From positions 35,960,001 through 36,024,000 of the forward strand of contig OX597832.1 of NCBI GenBank assembly GCA_951406725.2: DNA of 64,000 nucleotides, written 5' to 3'. A program made the position numbers and the translations under genes. The notes beneath the pieces were generated by a model, which did not search any database, was not told the DNA's origin, and saw only the letters and a program-made list of their open reading frames with translations. This stretch comes from Octopus vulgaris (Eukaryota). Shown here one piece after another: positions 42,921 to 57,173 of the stretch. Numbering within the stretch: the first letter of the stretch is position 1; each line of letters begins with the position of its first letter.

Positions 42921-45264
42921 GATGACAGATTCGTCGTCGTCGAATTAAAAAGTATCTGTGGTTATGATTGATGTTATTCAAGTTGAATGAGAATTAACAT
43001 AATCGAAATCATTTGTCAGACCAGTGTGTTCGAGTTAAGGTTTATAATTCCAGCATTAATTTAAAGAAATTATAATGTATTGCGTCCCAAGATTTATAGA
43101 AAGTATAATGTATGCTCTTATATAAAAGCCTTTATACCTTAATCCATGCAGACCCAATAACAGCATCCATTCCAAATGTTAAATTTTGTTATTCTATTTA
43201 AAATATCGCTGAAATAGTGAAAATTAATCAATAATGGCATCCGAATTCTTCACTTGAAAGCATCATATAATGGCTTGCTCAAGCTACTCTCTTCATTAGC
43301 CCTATAGCGAGACTTACCGCTTCGAGAAATTTCGGAAAGATAAAAGCTGTCTCCTTTAGAGCGAATTCTAAACATTCGCATGTGGAGTGAAACACTTGTG
43401 AAGAAAAACGTTGCTGCATATTCGTGGAATAACCGAACAATCAAGAGTTTTACTGGGAGCGTTATGCATTATAGTCTATTTAGAGTCAGAGTTATTTCGT
43501 TTCGGAATGCAATTAATGCATATTTTTGCATTTGGTTGCTTATCAAAGGCCGGTGCCTGCAGCTAATGTGATGAAGATTTGCTTGATATGAATCTAACAG
43601 CAGGAATTTAATCTACGTGAGAAGAGAAAAGAAATTATCTCAGTGAGGAATCAATATATGCACGCTGTGTAAAACTGATCGCTGTTCTATGCGATTTACT
43701 GTATTAAGGAGATGAGATTTTGGTGGATGAGATGCAGGACAACTTTAGAGGAGAGTCGAATCTAACTTCATTGTATTGACACGAGCATTCAGATTTAGAA
43801 TGGTGAAGACTTTGACTCCATTCTTCAGAACACGAGCGATATGACAATGAGGTGGAGAGCTGCTACAGTGACGCATAATTGTTGTGGAAATATGGAAAAG
43901 AAAGGTGCAAAATTTGACCTCATCAAAAAACAAACCGAAACCCGGCAAAAATAATAATCCAAATAAAATACCCAATTTTACTCCGCCAGGTCCGTGAATG
44001 AAAAAGGAAAATAGGGAAATGAACATGGGATAAATACTTTCCTCGCTCTACCCAAAAAGCGAAACTATGTCAATTTTCTTATATCAAATATAAAAACTAA
44101 ATAACACTCGTCTGATCCTAATGGTACATCTTATTAGACTTGCTAACGTGAGAAGTTAAATTATTTAAGTCAATCAGGAAATCGAAATAGAATTCATAGA
44201 AACCGTTACGAAAACACAAATAAGAAGCAAGAAAAAAAGTTGAGCAAATAAACAAAACAACACACGCAGAAATGAGATTAGAATTTTTCTGAATAGGAAC
44301 TTCTAACGATAAAAATGTCAATAATCTAAACAAGAACATGACAATCATCTAAAGTGAAGATAATTTTAAAAAGCTAAACCGATCGCAAGGTGTCCCTCTG
44401 GACCCATGAAATACCTTCGAGGAATAAAACTCAACAATAAACTCCAACAACAGAAGCATTTAATTTTAGCCATCGCTTGCTTAATGGGAAATGGACACGA
44501 GCGTCAGTATCACTAGATTACACGAAATGATATATGGAACTATATTTACAATGGAAAATGGGTTCTCCCTCATATATTTATGCTCCCTATTTATGAATAT
44601 CAAAATCTAAACAAAGAAACGAAAAGCAAAGTTACAGTTAGAAAATAAGAGAAATAGTATATTTGTCTTTAATAAAATGAATAAGGAAACGACACAGCCG
44701 GAAAAAGGGTGACAAATATTATGGAAATATAAAAACAAAGAATAGGATATGAAAGGGTAGAAACTTCGCAACTTACAAAGTTGCGAAGAATCCCTTTTGT
44801 ATGAAAGCAACAACGATTGTTTGTACTAAACAAACAATTCGACTCCGGCCCCGAACTACCTTACCTAAGTTACGTAAAATAAAAGCAAATGAAGACTGGA
44901 ATCATTGCGGCATCAGTTGCAAAAGAAGCGGAAGTGTTCTAGGAGACAGGTAAACATGGTAGAAATCACGACAGGTGATAATGTTAAAAACAATGAAGAC
45001 ATCACCTGATCAGATATTACATCGTAATAGGTCGAACTCTTATGATGTACACAAGTGAAAAAAAAAAACTGTTATCAGTAACGACGACCAAAACACGTGA
45101 TTACCCTACTCTGTATTTGGAGAATTCAGTAATTCTGCACCTGCTGCGATATTCTTTAATTTTTAAGATTGTAGGTTAGAATTTCGGGCAGATTTTGTAG
45201 GTCGAATGACGTGGTTGGTTTGTAGCAATAACAGTTACCATCGGCGTTGTTGTCGTCGTCGTAG

Positions 45265-45295
<31 letters not shown>

Positions 45296-45298
45296 AGC

Positions 45299-45345
<47 letters not shown>

Positions 45346-45864
45346 AAAAGAGAAAGGTAGAGAAAGTGACGGTGAGAAATTTTACTTAGCACCTGCCCCT
45401 CCTTTCTCAAGCAGGCCAATACTAAAAGGCGTTCCATTTGTGGTCAACCGAAAAATATCTATAATCCCTTTATTCAATGTGTATTTCCTACTTTTTAGGA
45501 CAATAGTGGGGGAATTAAGAGAGAAAGATTTGGCTGTTGTTTCTAGTAAATCCAGGGACTACATAGAAGCTGCTTTGTTGACTCGAGCATCTCCACTAAC
45601 ATTCTGTTGTCAACATTCTATCGATTTTCTAACACATGTTTACAAAAAGCTGGGGAGCTTGGCTCTTTTATAACAGCCTTTATAATCACTCTATATAAAA
45701 TTAAATAAAAGATTTACAAATGATTCAAAATGGCTGCCACGTGAAATAACCTTTCGCTTCATGAAAAGTGGCCATTGAATTTACATAACAACTGTTTTGG
45801 AAATAAGGCAACTGGAGAAATATAATAAGCATGGACAACGCAATAAAGGCGATCGTGTATACAC

Positions 45865-45952
<88 letters not shown>

Positions 45953-46253
45953 GTCTGTCTGTCTGTATGTATGTATGTATGTATGTATGTATGTATGTAT
46001 GTATATATATAATTTTTTTTTGAAATGAAATGCAAGTTTGAAGGAAACTTCCGATTAAAAAGGTGTCGTTCATAAATATTTTTAAATCACAAAAGTTAAG
46101 GATAAGCGGTTCCTTGAAACTTTCGCTTCATATTTCAAAAGATATGCAATCGTGGCTTTGTGATAAAAAGCTTGCTTCCCAGCCCCATGGTTTGGGGTTT
46201 AATTCCAGTGTAATTCTTTCTTTTTTCTTTTTCTTTTTTTTTTTTTTACTTAC

Positions 46254-47375
46254 TGGAAGAAATGAAGAAATTTGACAAGAACGTCACAATCTGTTTTGTC
46301 GACTTCCGCAAAACATTTGATTCCATCAGTAGAGATCTTGTTTAGAATCCTTTCACTCTATGGTATTCCTCCCAGGATTGGCGATGCTATCAGAGCGCTG
46401 TACTCAAACACCACTGCCAAAGTTATATCTCCTGATGGAGAGACTGATTTCTTTGAAGTTGAAGCAGGTGTTCTGCAAGGTGACACACTCGCTCCTTTCT
46501 TCTTCATCATTGTTCTTGACTATGTTCTACGCATTTCCCTAGATGGTATGGAGGAAAAGGGTCTCCTTTTGAAACCCCGCCAGAGCAGTCGGCATTGTGC
46601 ACACTATTTAACTAATCTTGACTTTGCTGACGATCTTGCCTTGATGCAGAATCTTTGTTACTGGAGAAAGCAGCAAACCAGGTCGGCCTTTACTGCAACA
46701 AAAGACAGAGTTCATCACGACCTTCTCCAAGTTAACTGAACTTAAATCGCTCAATAATATATCAGTCAAAAACGTTGACGACTTCAAATATCTTGGATCA
46801 CACATAGTAGACTCCCAAAAGGAGTTTCGCATCCGCAAAACTCTTGCTTGGGATGCATGCAACAGACTTGATAAGATCTGGCACTGAAACCTTCCACCCA
46901 CGTTAAAAGTTAAAATATTTAGAACACTGATTGAGCCGGTCCTTCTCTATGGATCAGAGACCTTATCGATCTCTGGACCTTATCGATCTCTGGACCTTAT
47001 CGGATCTCTTAGCAAAACAACAAGATAGAACATATACCAACCTGCCCAGAAAGATACAGAACATTAATTGGAGATCTCACCCAACACTTAGTAACATCTA
47101 CGGAAATCTGATACCAAAATTTCTCAAGCCAAAGCAGAAACGGCCACAATTTGCTGACCTCTGTCATCAAGCAGAAAAAGAGGTTTTGTCATGTCTGCTC
47201 CTATGGAACCCTCTGGAAGTGTTTTCTCCAGGAATCTCACATTTCCAGACACTATATCTCGGGACTCGGGGCTGGATATTAGAGATATGAACACAGCAAT
47301 GCAGGACCGTGTAATGTGGAAGGGGATTGTCAATGGAGTTCCGACCAACTATAGGTTAGTCGAAGGATGATGATG
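46254..47375 (+). mobile_element. RTE LINE, 5'-truncated reverse transcriptase pseudogene
   Basis: FVDFRKTFDSI, GVLQGDTLAPFFFIIVLDY, LDFADDLAL, DFKYLGS, LLYGSE; frameshifted; (GAT)n tail. Confidence 0.95.
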
Positions 47376-47740
47376 AGTCCCAGTGTGCGGCACCTTGGGC
47401 AAGTCTCTCCTACCATAGCCTCGATCCGACCAAAGCCTTGTGAGTGGATTTCGTAGACGGAAACTGAAAGAAGCCTGTCGTATGTATTATATACATATGT
47501 ATATATTTGTGTGTGTGTGTGTGTGTGCGTACGCGTGTATGTGTATGTTTCTGTTTCCGACCACCGCTTGAGAACCGGTGATGGTATGTTTGCGTTCCCG
47601 TAACTTAGCTATTCAGCAATAGACCGACAGAATAACTATTAGGCTTTAAAAAACATGTCCTGATGATCGGTTCGATTAAAACCCTTCAAGGCGCTGGCCC
47701 TTCATTGTCGCACTCCAATGACTGAAAAGAGTAAAAGATG
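47376..47740 (+). mobile_element. CORE-type SINE body; head at 46144-46211, split by the RTE
   Basis: gcaccttgggcaagt...atagcctcg...aagccttgtgagtggattt...ggaaactgaaagaagcc; reverse copy at 63260-63740. Confidence 0.75.
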
Positions 47741-47811
47741 GAAAATAAAGGGTGAAACGGAGCGGATATTCAGAACAAAACAGTTACAATGAGTGTGTGT
47801 GTGTGTGAGTG

Positions 47812-48100
47812 CATGTATGTATGTAAGGATGGATGTATGTATGTATGTATGTATGTATGTATGTATGTATGTATGTATGTATGTATGTATGTATGCATGT
47901 ATGTATGTATGTATGTATGTATGTATGTATGTATGTATGTATGCATGTATATGTGTATGTATGTATGTATGTATGTATGTATGTATGTATGTATGTATGT
48001 ATGTATGTGTGTGTATGTATGTATGTATGTATGTATGTATGCATGCATGTATGTATGTATGTATGTATGTATGTATGTATGTATGTATGTATATACGTGT
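47812..48100. repeat. (TATG)n microsatellite
   Basis: Seen directly. Confidence 0.95.
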
Positions 48101-48517
48101 GTATGAATATACATGCGAGTGTGTGTGTGTGTGTGTTTGTGTTCGGGGTGGTGGTATACGCTTTGGTAATTTACATATTGTCGCCAAAGTTCTACAGATA
48201 AAATAATATTTATTCACGCGATATGTTGACGCTCTCCTCTATTTGTTCCCCCTCTCTCCTGTTTTTTTCCATTTCCCATTGATTTACTCACTCTGTCTCT
48301 CCTTCTTCTTTACGATTATCATAACACTGTCTTTCTATCTCTTTCTATCCTTTCCCCTATTTATCAGCTCCACAACCACACCCACTTCTTCACTTTTGAA
48401 TGCACCTGTAAAGAATCTATATTCCAATTCGCACATTTACCTCACTCTCCTTTTTCTACCCTCCTTTTCCATTCCCTCTCATTCTTTTCTTTTTTCTTTT
48501 CTAATCCTTATTCTCTT

Positions 48518-48566
<49 letters not shown>

Positions 48567-49019
48567 TTGTCTTTCTGTTTCCAATCTTTAACCTGGCATC
48601 TTCTTGGAACCTCTTTAGAATCTGTTGCATTGTTAAATGCATGATAAATGTTATGGGCGGAAAGTGTGAAACTATTTGTGATAAAAAGTAAGACAGCAAC
48701 ACTATTTAGTTACACGGAGAGCATAGAAATGATTGTGAGATTTAAGGACAAACGATCTGAAGGAGGAATAGAAGAACGAAAGGCTACAGGAATAGAAGAA
48801 TAAAAAAACGAACGAATTAACCGACGATACGAATCAAACGGAACAAGTAATAAGAAGGGTATTGATTTCTTAACTATACACAATATTCCAATGTTGTTTG
48901 GAAAGAATAAACCGAAATCTGAATGGTTTTTATCTATTCCCAGTGACAGGCAGGCGGCAAATGAGGTCAATTCCAGTTCTCACTTAGAACTCCAAACCCA
49001 ACATATTTTACCTCTTGTA

Positions 49020-49880
49020 CACACACACATACATACATACATACATACATACATACATACATGCATACATACATACATACATACATACATACATAAAAAC
49101 ATACACACATACATACATACATGCATACATACACACATACATACATACGTACATACATGCATACATACATACATACATACATACATAAAAACATACACAC
49201 ATACATACATGCATACATACACACATACATACATACATACATACATACATACACACAAACATACATACATACAAACATACATACATACATACATACAAAC
49301 ATACATACATACAAACATACATACATACATACAAACATACATACAAACATACATACATACATACATACATACATACAAACATACATACATACATACATAC
49401 AAACATACATACAAACATACATACATACATACATACAAACATACATACATACATACATACAAACATACAAACATACATACATACATACATACATACATAC
49501 AAACATACATACATACATACATACATACATACAAACATGCATACATACATACATACATACAAACATACATACATGCATACATACATACAAACATACATAC
49601 ATAGAAACATACATACATACATACAAACATACAAACATACATACATACAAACATACATACATACATACATACATAAAAACATACAAACATACATACATAC
49701 ATACATACATACATACATACATACATACATACAAACATACATACATACATACATACAAACATACGTACATACATACATACATACATACATACATACAAAC
49801 ATACATACATACATACATACATACATACATACATACATACATACATACATACATACATACATACATACATACATACATAC
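49020..49880. repeat. (TACA)n microsatellite
   Basis: Seen directly. Confidence 0.97.
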
Positions 49881-51085
49881 CCTAAAAGATGCTTACATGT
49901 TTCAACATCACTTTAAAACACCAACAACCTCCCTCTATTATTTCCAGGTCTCTATAATATTCCACATAATCGCTCTAATATCAAATACTCTTTCAAATGC
50001 CTCATACTCTACCGAATGTCTTCTCTGTCAAATACTCTCTTCATGTCAGATATAATCTTTCTAATTTCGAAATTTTTAGCGTCAGATACTCACCTTAATA
50101 TCAGATATTATCCGATTCTTTCTCTCCACCATTGTCTATCTCTTTCTCTCTCTTATATCAGGTATACTCTCTAATCTCAAATACTCTCTCGATCAGATAC
50201 TCTCTCTTATGTTAGAAATAGCAAGCAAATTCGCTCAACTCACAGACTACTGTCTTAGAAAAAAAGAAGAGCACATGAGAATATGTTGTCCTAGATACAC
50301 CAAGAAAGATAGTCAGAGTAGCTTCTCTCTTGAGCTTAATTTTACGCAATGGCAACTGACCTGGGGGTGAACAACGATGACAACGACCGTTGATTACTTG
50401 GTTAAGGACCTCCTTTGTGGCAATCCAACGGCATGCCACAAGTAATATGCTTTCCTTGACACTTCACCGCCCTCTGGTAGATACCAGTAATATGCTACTC
50501 ACAGTTCAACCAAAGGTCAAACAGTTTTCTAATATCTACAGTACTATGTCACCTAAACTTCTGCAAATGGCGAATCGAGGGAGAGGAGGAGGGTATTCTG
50601 TTGGAATACAACTTTTCTCAACAACAATTAGATCGATTACATAGAACCTAGAACCTTTTCAATATATATTAAAGCAATCACCCTGGCTATTTATTGATTA
50701 TTGAGTGTGAGCAGTTCAATAGAAGTAGATCAATTAGAAGAGTTACTGATTTCATTAGAAACAGTGAAATATCTTCTCCCGACTGACATTGTAGAAATGT
50801 GTTTTATGATTGTTAAAATATTGAAAAATTGGGTGTATGGTGGGGCGGGGTGTGGCGGGAGGAAATAATTACAAACCACTACAAGAGGTAAGCAACGAAC
50901 CAACGGGAAAGGCTCTGCATTGCTTAGATGCGCTAGAAATAGCAGGGAAATCACAACCTGCTGTCTTAAGATAACGTAACCCGGGATATAGAGAAAACAG
51001 AGAATAATTAAGGATGAAATATACTGGAGCATCGAGGCTGACCTGGTTTTAAGCTACAAAAGAAGAACGAAAATACAGAAGCTAA

Positions 51086-51215
<130 letters not shown>

Positions 51216-51414
51216 AATATAATATAGAGATTTAAGATTTGAGTGCGTCCTCAAACACAAAAATCGGGAAAATAGGAAAGAATCACTAACAGGAAATAAA
51301 GCACTTATCTGTCGAATACCGTTCGACGGCGATAACCATTACACTAAAACGACCATCACTTCCTGCCAGAACATGCAGCCTAAGCAAACATGCCACTGAA
51401 CTAACCACCGTTCT

Positions 51415-51858
51415 TTAATCTTCATCGGTATCAAACGAATTACGTTGGTATTTTTGAAAACTTCTTAACACCAGCACAGAGGTTATGTCATTGTTGTGAA
51501 CATAGACTAGTCTCACACCAAACAATTCCATGGTGGGGGAAACAATCTCAAAATATAGGTCAGGTGGGGGGGGGGGTTGCAGTGCGTTACTCACCAATTG
51601 TCGGTATAATTCTGGGTCCTCCCGGGCGATCCATTGAGCAGCGTCCCAGTCAGTTCCCATGTCAGCGAGGAGATAATATAAATGATTGACTGATTGTCGT
51701 CGTTGTCGGGTTTTATCTCGTATCCGAGAATTTTTGTTTTGTTCTTTGCTGAACGCTTCCATTATGGTAATATCGGTGATGACTCTTTTGGCCAGTTCTT
51801 GCACATAAAAGCCGATACCACTGCCCAGCTGGGAAACCGCACTTGACAGGCCACCCAT
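51415..51858 (-). pseudogene. 147-codon ORF, probably a decayed RTE LINE C-terminus
   Basis: ELAKRVIT...LADMGTDWDAAQWIAREDPELYRQLV resembles the RTE tail pattern L..mG..W..A...A.Dr..Wr.LV. Confidence 0.5.
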
Positions 51859-53101
51859 TATAAGATCGATGCATATTCATAATTACAGCAGATGGAAAAT
51901 AGACAGGATCGACAAATGTGTACATTGCAAAGGGTCAACGGAAGTCGGGAGTGACATCGACTCCGAAAAAAGAAAGAAAAAGGTAAGATCGACCTCAGCA
52001 AAAACTGAACACAGAACGTAAGGGCAGACGAAATCCAGCGAAGAATTTCACCCATTGTTTTTAACGATTCGGCCGGGACGCCACCTTTCACACCTCTGTA
52101 ATATTATAATCTATTTTTATCGATACTAAGCGATATCACACGCCATTCAATACACAGCAATCAGTCTATTAAAAACCTACTTCATCTACTTCACATCGTA
52201 TCATTTCTTCCATTTTCTATTTTAAATTCCTTTCGTTCGCCTCCTTTTTCACTTTTCCACGTTTTACTCTACTTTCTTCAACATATATTCAATTCCTCTC
52301 ACCTCAGTTCATTTTTTTCTCCCTTTATCACTCATTCAAACGAATTGGATATTTATAACTACCCAACACTTTCACTTTCCTAACTCGCATTCAACAATAG
52401 AGTCATCAGATTGTCCTCTTTTGCATCCTCAAAGTGGAAACGTTGCCGCTATTTGCAGTAATAAAACAGAAACCTATTATATTTTCAGTACATCGAATGC
52501 TTTTGCTACGATACGTTTTGATGTCAATATATGAAGAGAGAAAGATCGACGGAAAGGCTACAGTTGGCAACCTTCTAATCATATATAATTATTTGAAAAA
52601 TAAAGATTTATTTTTTATTTCCTTTTTTTAATTCATTGAATTTGCAGTTTGGTTTGAAAAACCTGTTAAATATTGCTGCATGACTTCCAAGAGCCAATAG
52701 AAATAACTGGATAAATACAATTCTATAGGATGAAATTGACTTTAAATTATTCCCTTCACATCTTTGCTATATAATTGATTAAAAAAGAAAAAACGAAAGC
52801 AAAGCTTTAAAATAATTTATCCGAGTTGAAATTATTCATCCAGTGGCAAAGCGGGTGTGTTGGAGTCCGGGTGTGCGTGCGTTTGAGTTCGTGTGCGCTT
52901 CTGTTTGCTTTGTTAAATGAGTATCTAGACATTGCAGTGTGTGCATATAAAACATTTGTTCAAATGAGTTAGGATCCGTGTTACTATGTTTATTGTGTGT
53001 ATATGGATGAAACCGCGTAAATACCTGTACAATTCCATGTGCTATGATTCCTGTTGTATAAACATGTATTCTATCTTGTATATTTATACGTTTATATAGA
53101 A

Positions 53102-53400
53102 CAGGAGTAGGGAACCCCCGTCCGCGGGTGCAATTGCGCCCACGAGTCCATTTTATTGCGCCCGCAGGTTGGTATACTTACATGTATAAAATATAGTAAA
53201 TTTTTCAATTATGAAATTTATACAATGTTTGTATGGCTATTTGCGACATAAGTCGCGTTTCTACTATGACTGAAAACGGTTAGACTCGAACAGAAAATCG
53301 TCCTGTAATTACCATTTGAATGGAAATTTTGTTTTCACTATAAAACACATGTTGCTAGGTTTGTAGCACCACCTTGAGAGCCAACAACACTAAAGCTGAA
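53102..53400 (+). mobile_element. hAT (Charlie-like) 5' end remnant
   Basis: caggagtagggaacccccgtccgcgggtgcaattgcgcccacga...gcgcccgc resembles Charlie-type terminal and subterminal repeats. Confidence 0.5.
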
Positions 53401-53637
53401 AAATATAGAATATCTCATAAGTAATATAAACGTCCTAAATTTGGTCATTAAGAATAGAAAGACAAGGAAATGAATAAAATTATAATAGCCTTTCTAGGTG
53501 CAGTTCCAAAATATGGTCATGGGTCGAATATCATAACTTCTAAGATACGCAGCTTCAAAGTGATGGAACCAAATTCTACAGAGTATATTTATCAGACGTT
53601 CTTACGAATATGTTATCCACACGTTACATTCTCGAAT

Positions 53638-54020
53638 GTGGAGGCGCAATGGCCCAGTGGTTAGGGCAGCGGACTCGCGGTCATAGGATCGCGATTTCGA
53701 TTCCCAGACCGGGCGTTGTGAGTGTTTATTGAGCGAAAACACCTAAAGCTCCACGAGGCTCCGGCAGGGGATGGTGGTGATCTCTGCTGTACTCTTTCAC
53801 CACAACTTTCTCTCACTCTTACTTCCTGTTTCTGTTGTACCTGTATTTCAAAGGGCCGGCCTTGTCACTCTCTGTGTCATGCTGAATATCCCCGAGAACT
53901 ACGTTAAGGGTGCACGTGTCTGTGGAGTGCTCAGCCACTTACACGTTAATTTCACGAGCAGGCTGTTCCGTTGATTCGGATCAACCGGAACCCTCGTCGT
54001 CGTAACCGACGGAGTGCTTC
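53638..54020 (+). mobile_element. tRNA-derived SINE, family B head with a different tail
   Basis: Head matches 34549 onward; 3' half matches the reverse copy at 56366-56550. Confidence 0.85.
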
Positions 54021-55079
54021 TACACACATTCTCGAATTTATACACGAATATATTGTCGTCATTTCGTTTTGTTTTTTTTAACGGGACGTAAGGAAAGAGC
54101 TACTTTGTAAGATATGCACAGAAGAGAAACATATTCCTCTTCTGTCCATTTATGCTTTTCTATTTTATTTGCAAAAACTTGAGTAATGTCCAAACATTCA
54201 TTGAGATTTTTATCATTTTTATCGAATTTTAACTTCTTTCTGGTGATGTCGTATTTTCCGCATTTTTGCTGCCTCAGATTCAAAGTACACATTTAACTAT
54301 GAATAACCTTGACCGAGTGGTAACAGTTTTATTTGTATTTGGTGGCGATTTTGTGTGAGGTGAAGGAGGACTGAATCGGCCTAGTGTTGGTATAATCTGT
54401 GCTTTGATGATTTGTTTATATATGGTGTAAGATCACTGAATATTGTAACCATTTATAACACATCAAATATTGAATTTTGCAGTTTGAAACTTTAGCACCT
54501 TCATTTTTGTCAATTTGTTTTGTCATTGAAGGCTTTAGTTTTCTTCTATTCATTCAGATCGAAAGTATAAAGCTGGCTTCCAGCAGTTTGGGAAAATTAA
54601 GATAATACGTTCTTCAATCGAAAAATATTAGCACTTGAAAGAAACAATTCATCACAAAAACAAAAATAATAGCTAATGTAAAACAAACAACAAACACAGG
54701 GAAAACTTGAAAAGAAATGACATGTTGTCTACGAAGAAACTGAATAACGAAACATAAAAAAAGCTGCCTGCATCATCATTTAGAGAATACTGGCCAAGAA
54801 TCAAAAAAGAAACCATCACAGAATTAAGACAAACACAGACATCAATAATACCAGGTTAACCGAAACATATGCAGCAGCGATCGTAGATGCAAAGGAAACT
54901 GCGTTGTTCCCCAGATCTGTCCCTCAGATCTATAGTTAGGAATAATATATTATGATATAATATTATATTTATATCATGTATATATATTATATATGTATAT
55001 ATGTATGTATGTATGAGTGCATATTCGGATGTATGTGAGAGGTGTGAATCTGCCTACGAATGAGTGCAAGCACGTGTAC

Positions 55080-55125
<46 letters not shown>

Positions 55126-56365
55126 TAATAAATAAAATATATGCATACATACAAACATATATGTACGTACCTACATCTACATGTATATATACATGCATAT
55201 ATAAATATATATACGTGAGTACAGGACACCACAACTAGACGTGGAACTCAACGAGAAACGAAAACGGAAAAAAACATTTTTTTACAACAGAAATCACAGA
55301 GTAGAGGACAAACTACACAAGGAAAAACCCCCTTCATCAGCTGTCGCTAGTTCGACTCCAGCGTGTTTCGAAGGCAAGACAGAACATGTGTGTGTGTGTG
55401 TGTATTTGTAAGTTCATCTGCGTATACCCTATATCCATATCATATAAATATGCGTGTTTGTGTGTGTGTATGCGTTATACACGTGAGGTAATTGTTTGTT
55501 TGTGTGTTTGTGTGTGTGCGCGCGCGCGCATTATAGCAAAAATATTTCGGTTCGGGAGTGAGTCGAACCGTAATCTGAATGAGGGAAAATGCATCCAGGA
55601 TCTGTTTTTATGCCTTCCGACCACCTCTTATATTACTAACATAGGCAGAATTTCCGATCCCGTTCCGTCTAAAATCTGTTGTAGGAGTCTTTTAAAACTA
55701 AGTGTAGAGACAAACGTGTGCCCGTGCACGCGCGCATTATTGCACACTTGCACGCACACACACATAAATGCAGCACATGCATACGCCTTATGTTTCTAGT
55801 TATATATAATAGATTATTATATGCAAGTAAAACAGTAAACGACACGCACACGCACACCCACTCATAGACGTACGTATGGGCATGTATGTGTGTGTGTGTG
55901 CAGACGCGTATATACCCACTGGCGTTTGCTGAATCTACTGAGAAGTAATCAGTGGTCGACTCTATTACTTCAGTTCATTTGATGTCATGCTTTTTCTCTC
56001 CTCGTCTCTATCGTGTTACAATGAGAGTTTATTGAGGTTTCGTCATGTTATTACAAGTCAACTGACCCTCTGGCTAAATACATTCAGACCTGGTTGATAC
56101 TTTATTATCGTGCTGGTAGCCTAGAGAGATTTAATCATTATAAAAAATCGATGTTAATGGTAGAGTTACAATTGATCAGAGAGACACATTAAATTGCTGA
56201 ACTACAGTCATAACCTAGTTTAACATTATCTATATAATTTGCTGAGGTCAGCCGGTTTCATCTTAAAAGGTTTCGACTTTAAATTAATCACCAGTGATAT
56301 ATCAAGGCATATTTATTTGGTTAAGATGTTTTCGTATGTTTTTACTTGTCGTTCTTTAAACTAAC

Positions 56366-56682
56366 TGGCACTCCGTCGGTTGCGACGACGACGAGGGTTC
56401 CAGTTGATCCCGATCAATGGAACAGCTTGCTAGTGTAATTAGCGTACAAGTGGCTGAGTACTCTGGAGACACGCGTACCCTTAACGTAGTACTCAAGAAA
56501 ATTCAGTGTGACACTGAATATGACAGACCTGGCTCTTTGAAATACAGGTACAACTCCTTTTTGCCAGCTGGACCAACGTGAAATAAAGTGTCTTGATCAA
56601 GGGCACGATACGCCACTGGAAATCGAACGCATGGCTTTATGATCATGAGTCAAATACCCTAACCACTAAGCCACGAGCCTTC
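56366..56682 (-). mobile_element. tRNA-derived SINE
   Basis: Head gaaggctcgtggcttagtggttagggt; tail ...gtcgtcgcaaccgacggagtgcc shared with the 53638 copy. Confidence 0.8.
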
Positions 56683-57135
56683 ACTCCTTCCTTACCACAC
56701 TTCATATCGCTCCGTCCTTAGACAGTTCCAGTACCACCTTAGTTTTACTGTGACTGGATGTTGTTAAATCTTCATTCACCCTTTCGCCACGTCTTCTCAC
56801 GATCCTTCTCAAGGGGCAACATCTGTTGATTTCAAGAGAGAAAAATCGACCCCACTATGTGACTAGTACTTTATCTATCGACCGCCAAAAGACGAATGAC
56901 AAAGTTGAATTTGGTGGGATTTGAGCTCACGACGCAAAGATGTGAACCGAATGCCGAAGTTCTAATGAAACTCGATGTATTTCGACAGCCGCGTGTTTAA
57001 ATAATTGGATATTTTCGGTGAAGAGCATGGTTATCTTTTACGACCCTCCCCCACACATGCTACTACGCGCAAACACATTCGCACACATACGCACACACAC
57101 ATGCATACACGCCTTTTAATTTACATGTTTCACAG

Positions 57136-57173
57136 TGATGAACTCCTGCTTGTTTGAAGAGTATGTCTTCCTG
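57136..57173 (+). CDS. Candidate 38-bp micro-exon (xMNSCLFEEYVFL)
   Basis: ttttaat...tgtttcacag acceptor and CTG|gtgagt donor; open frame ending in phase 0. Confidence 0.25.

Noticed and set aside
43319-43367. Minus-strand exon candidate ending GCG|gtaagt
   Set aside because: Weak acceptor, no partner exon and no recognisable peptide.
55325-55378. Permuted hammerhead (GAAAC...CTGATGA on the minus strand; similar at 8320-8362)
   Set aside because: Core words are present but stems I and III do not pair convincingly.
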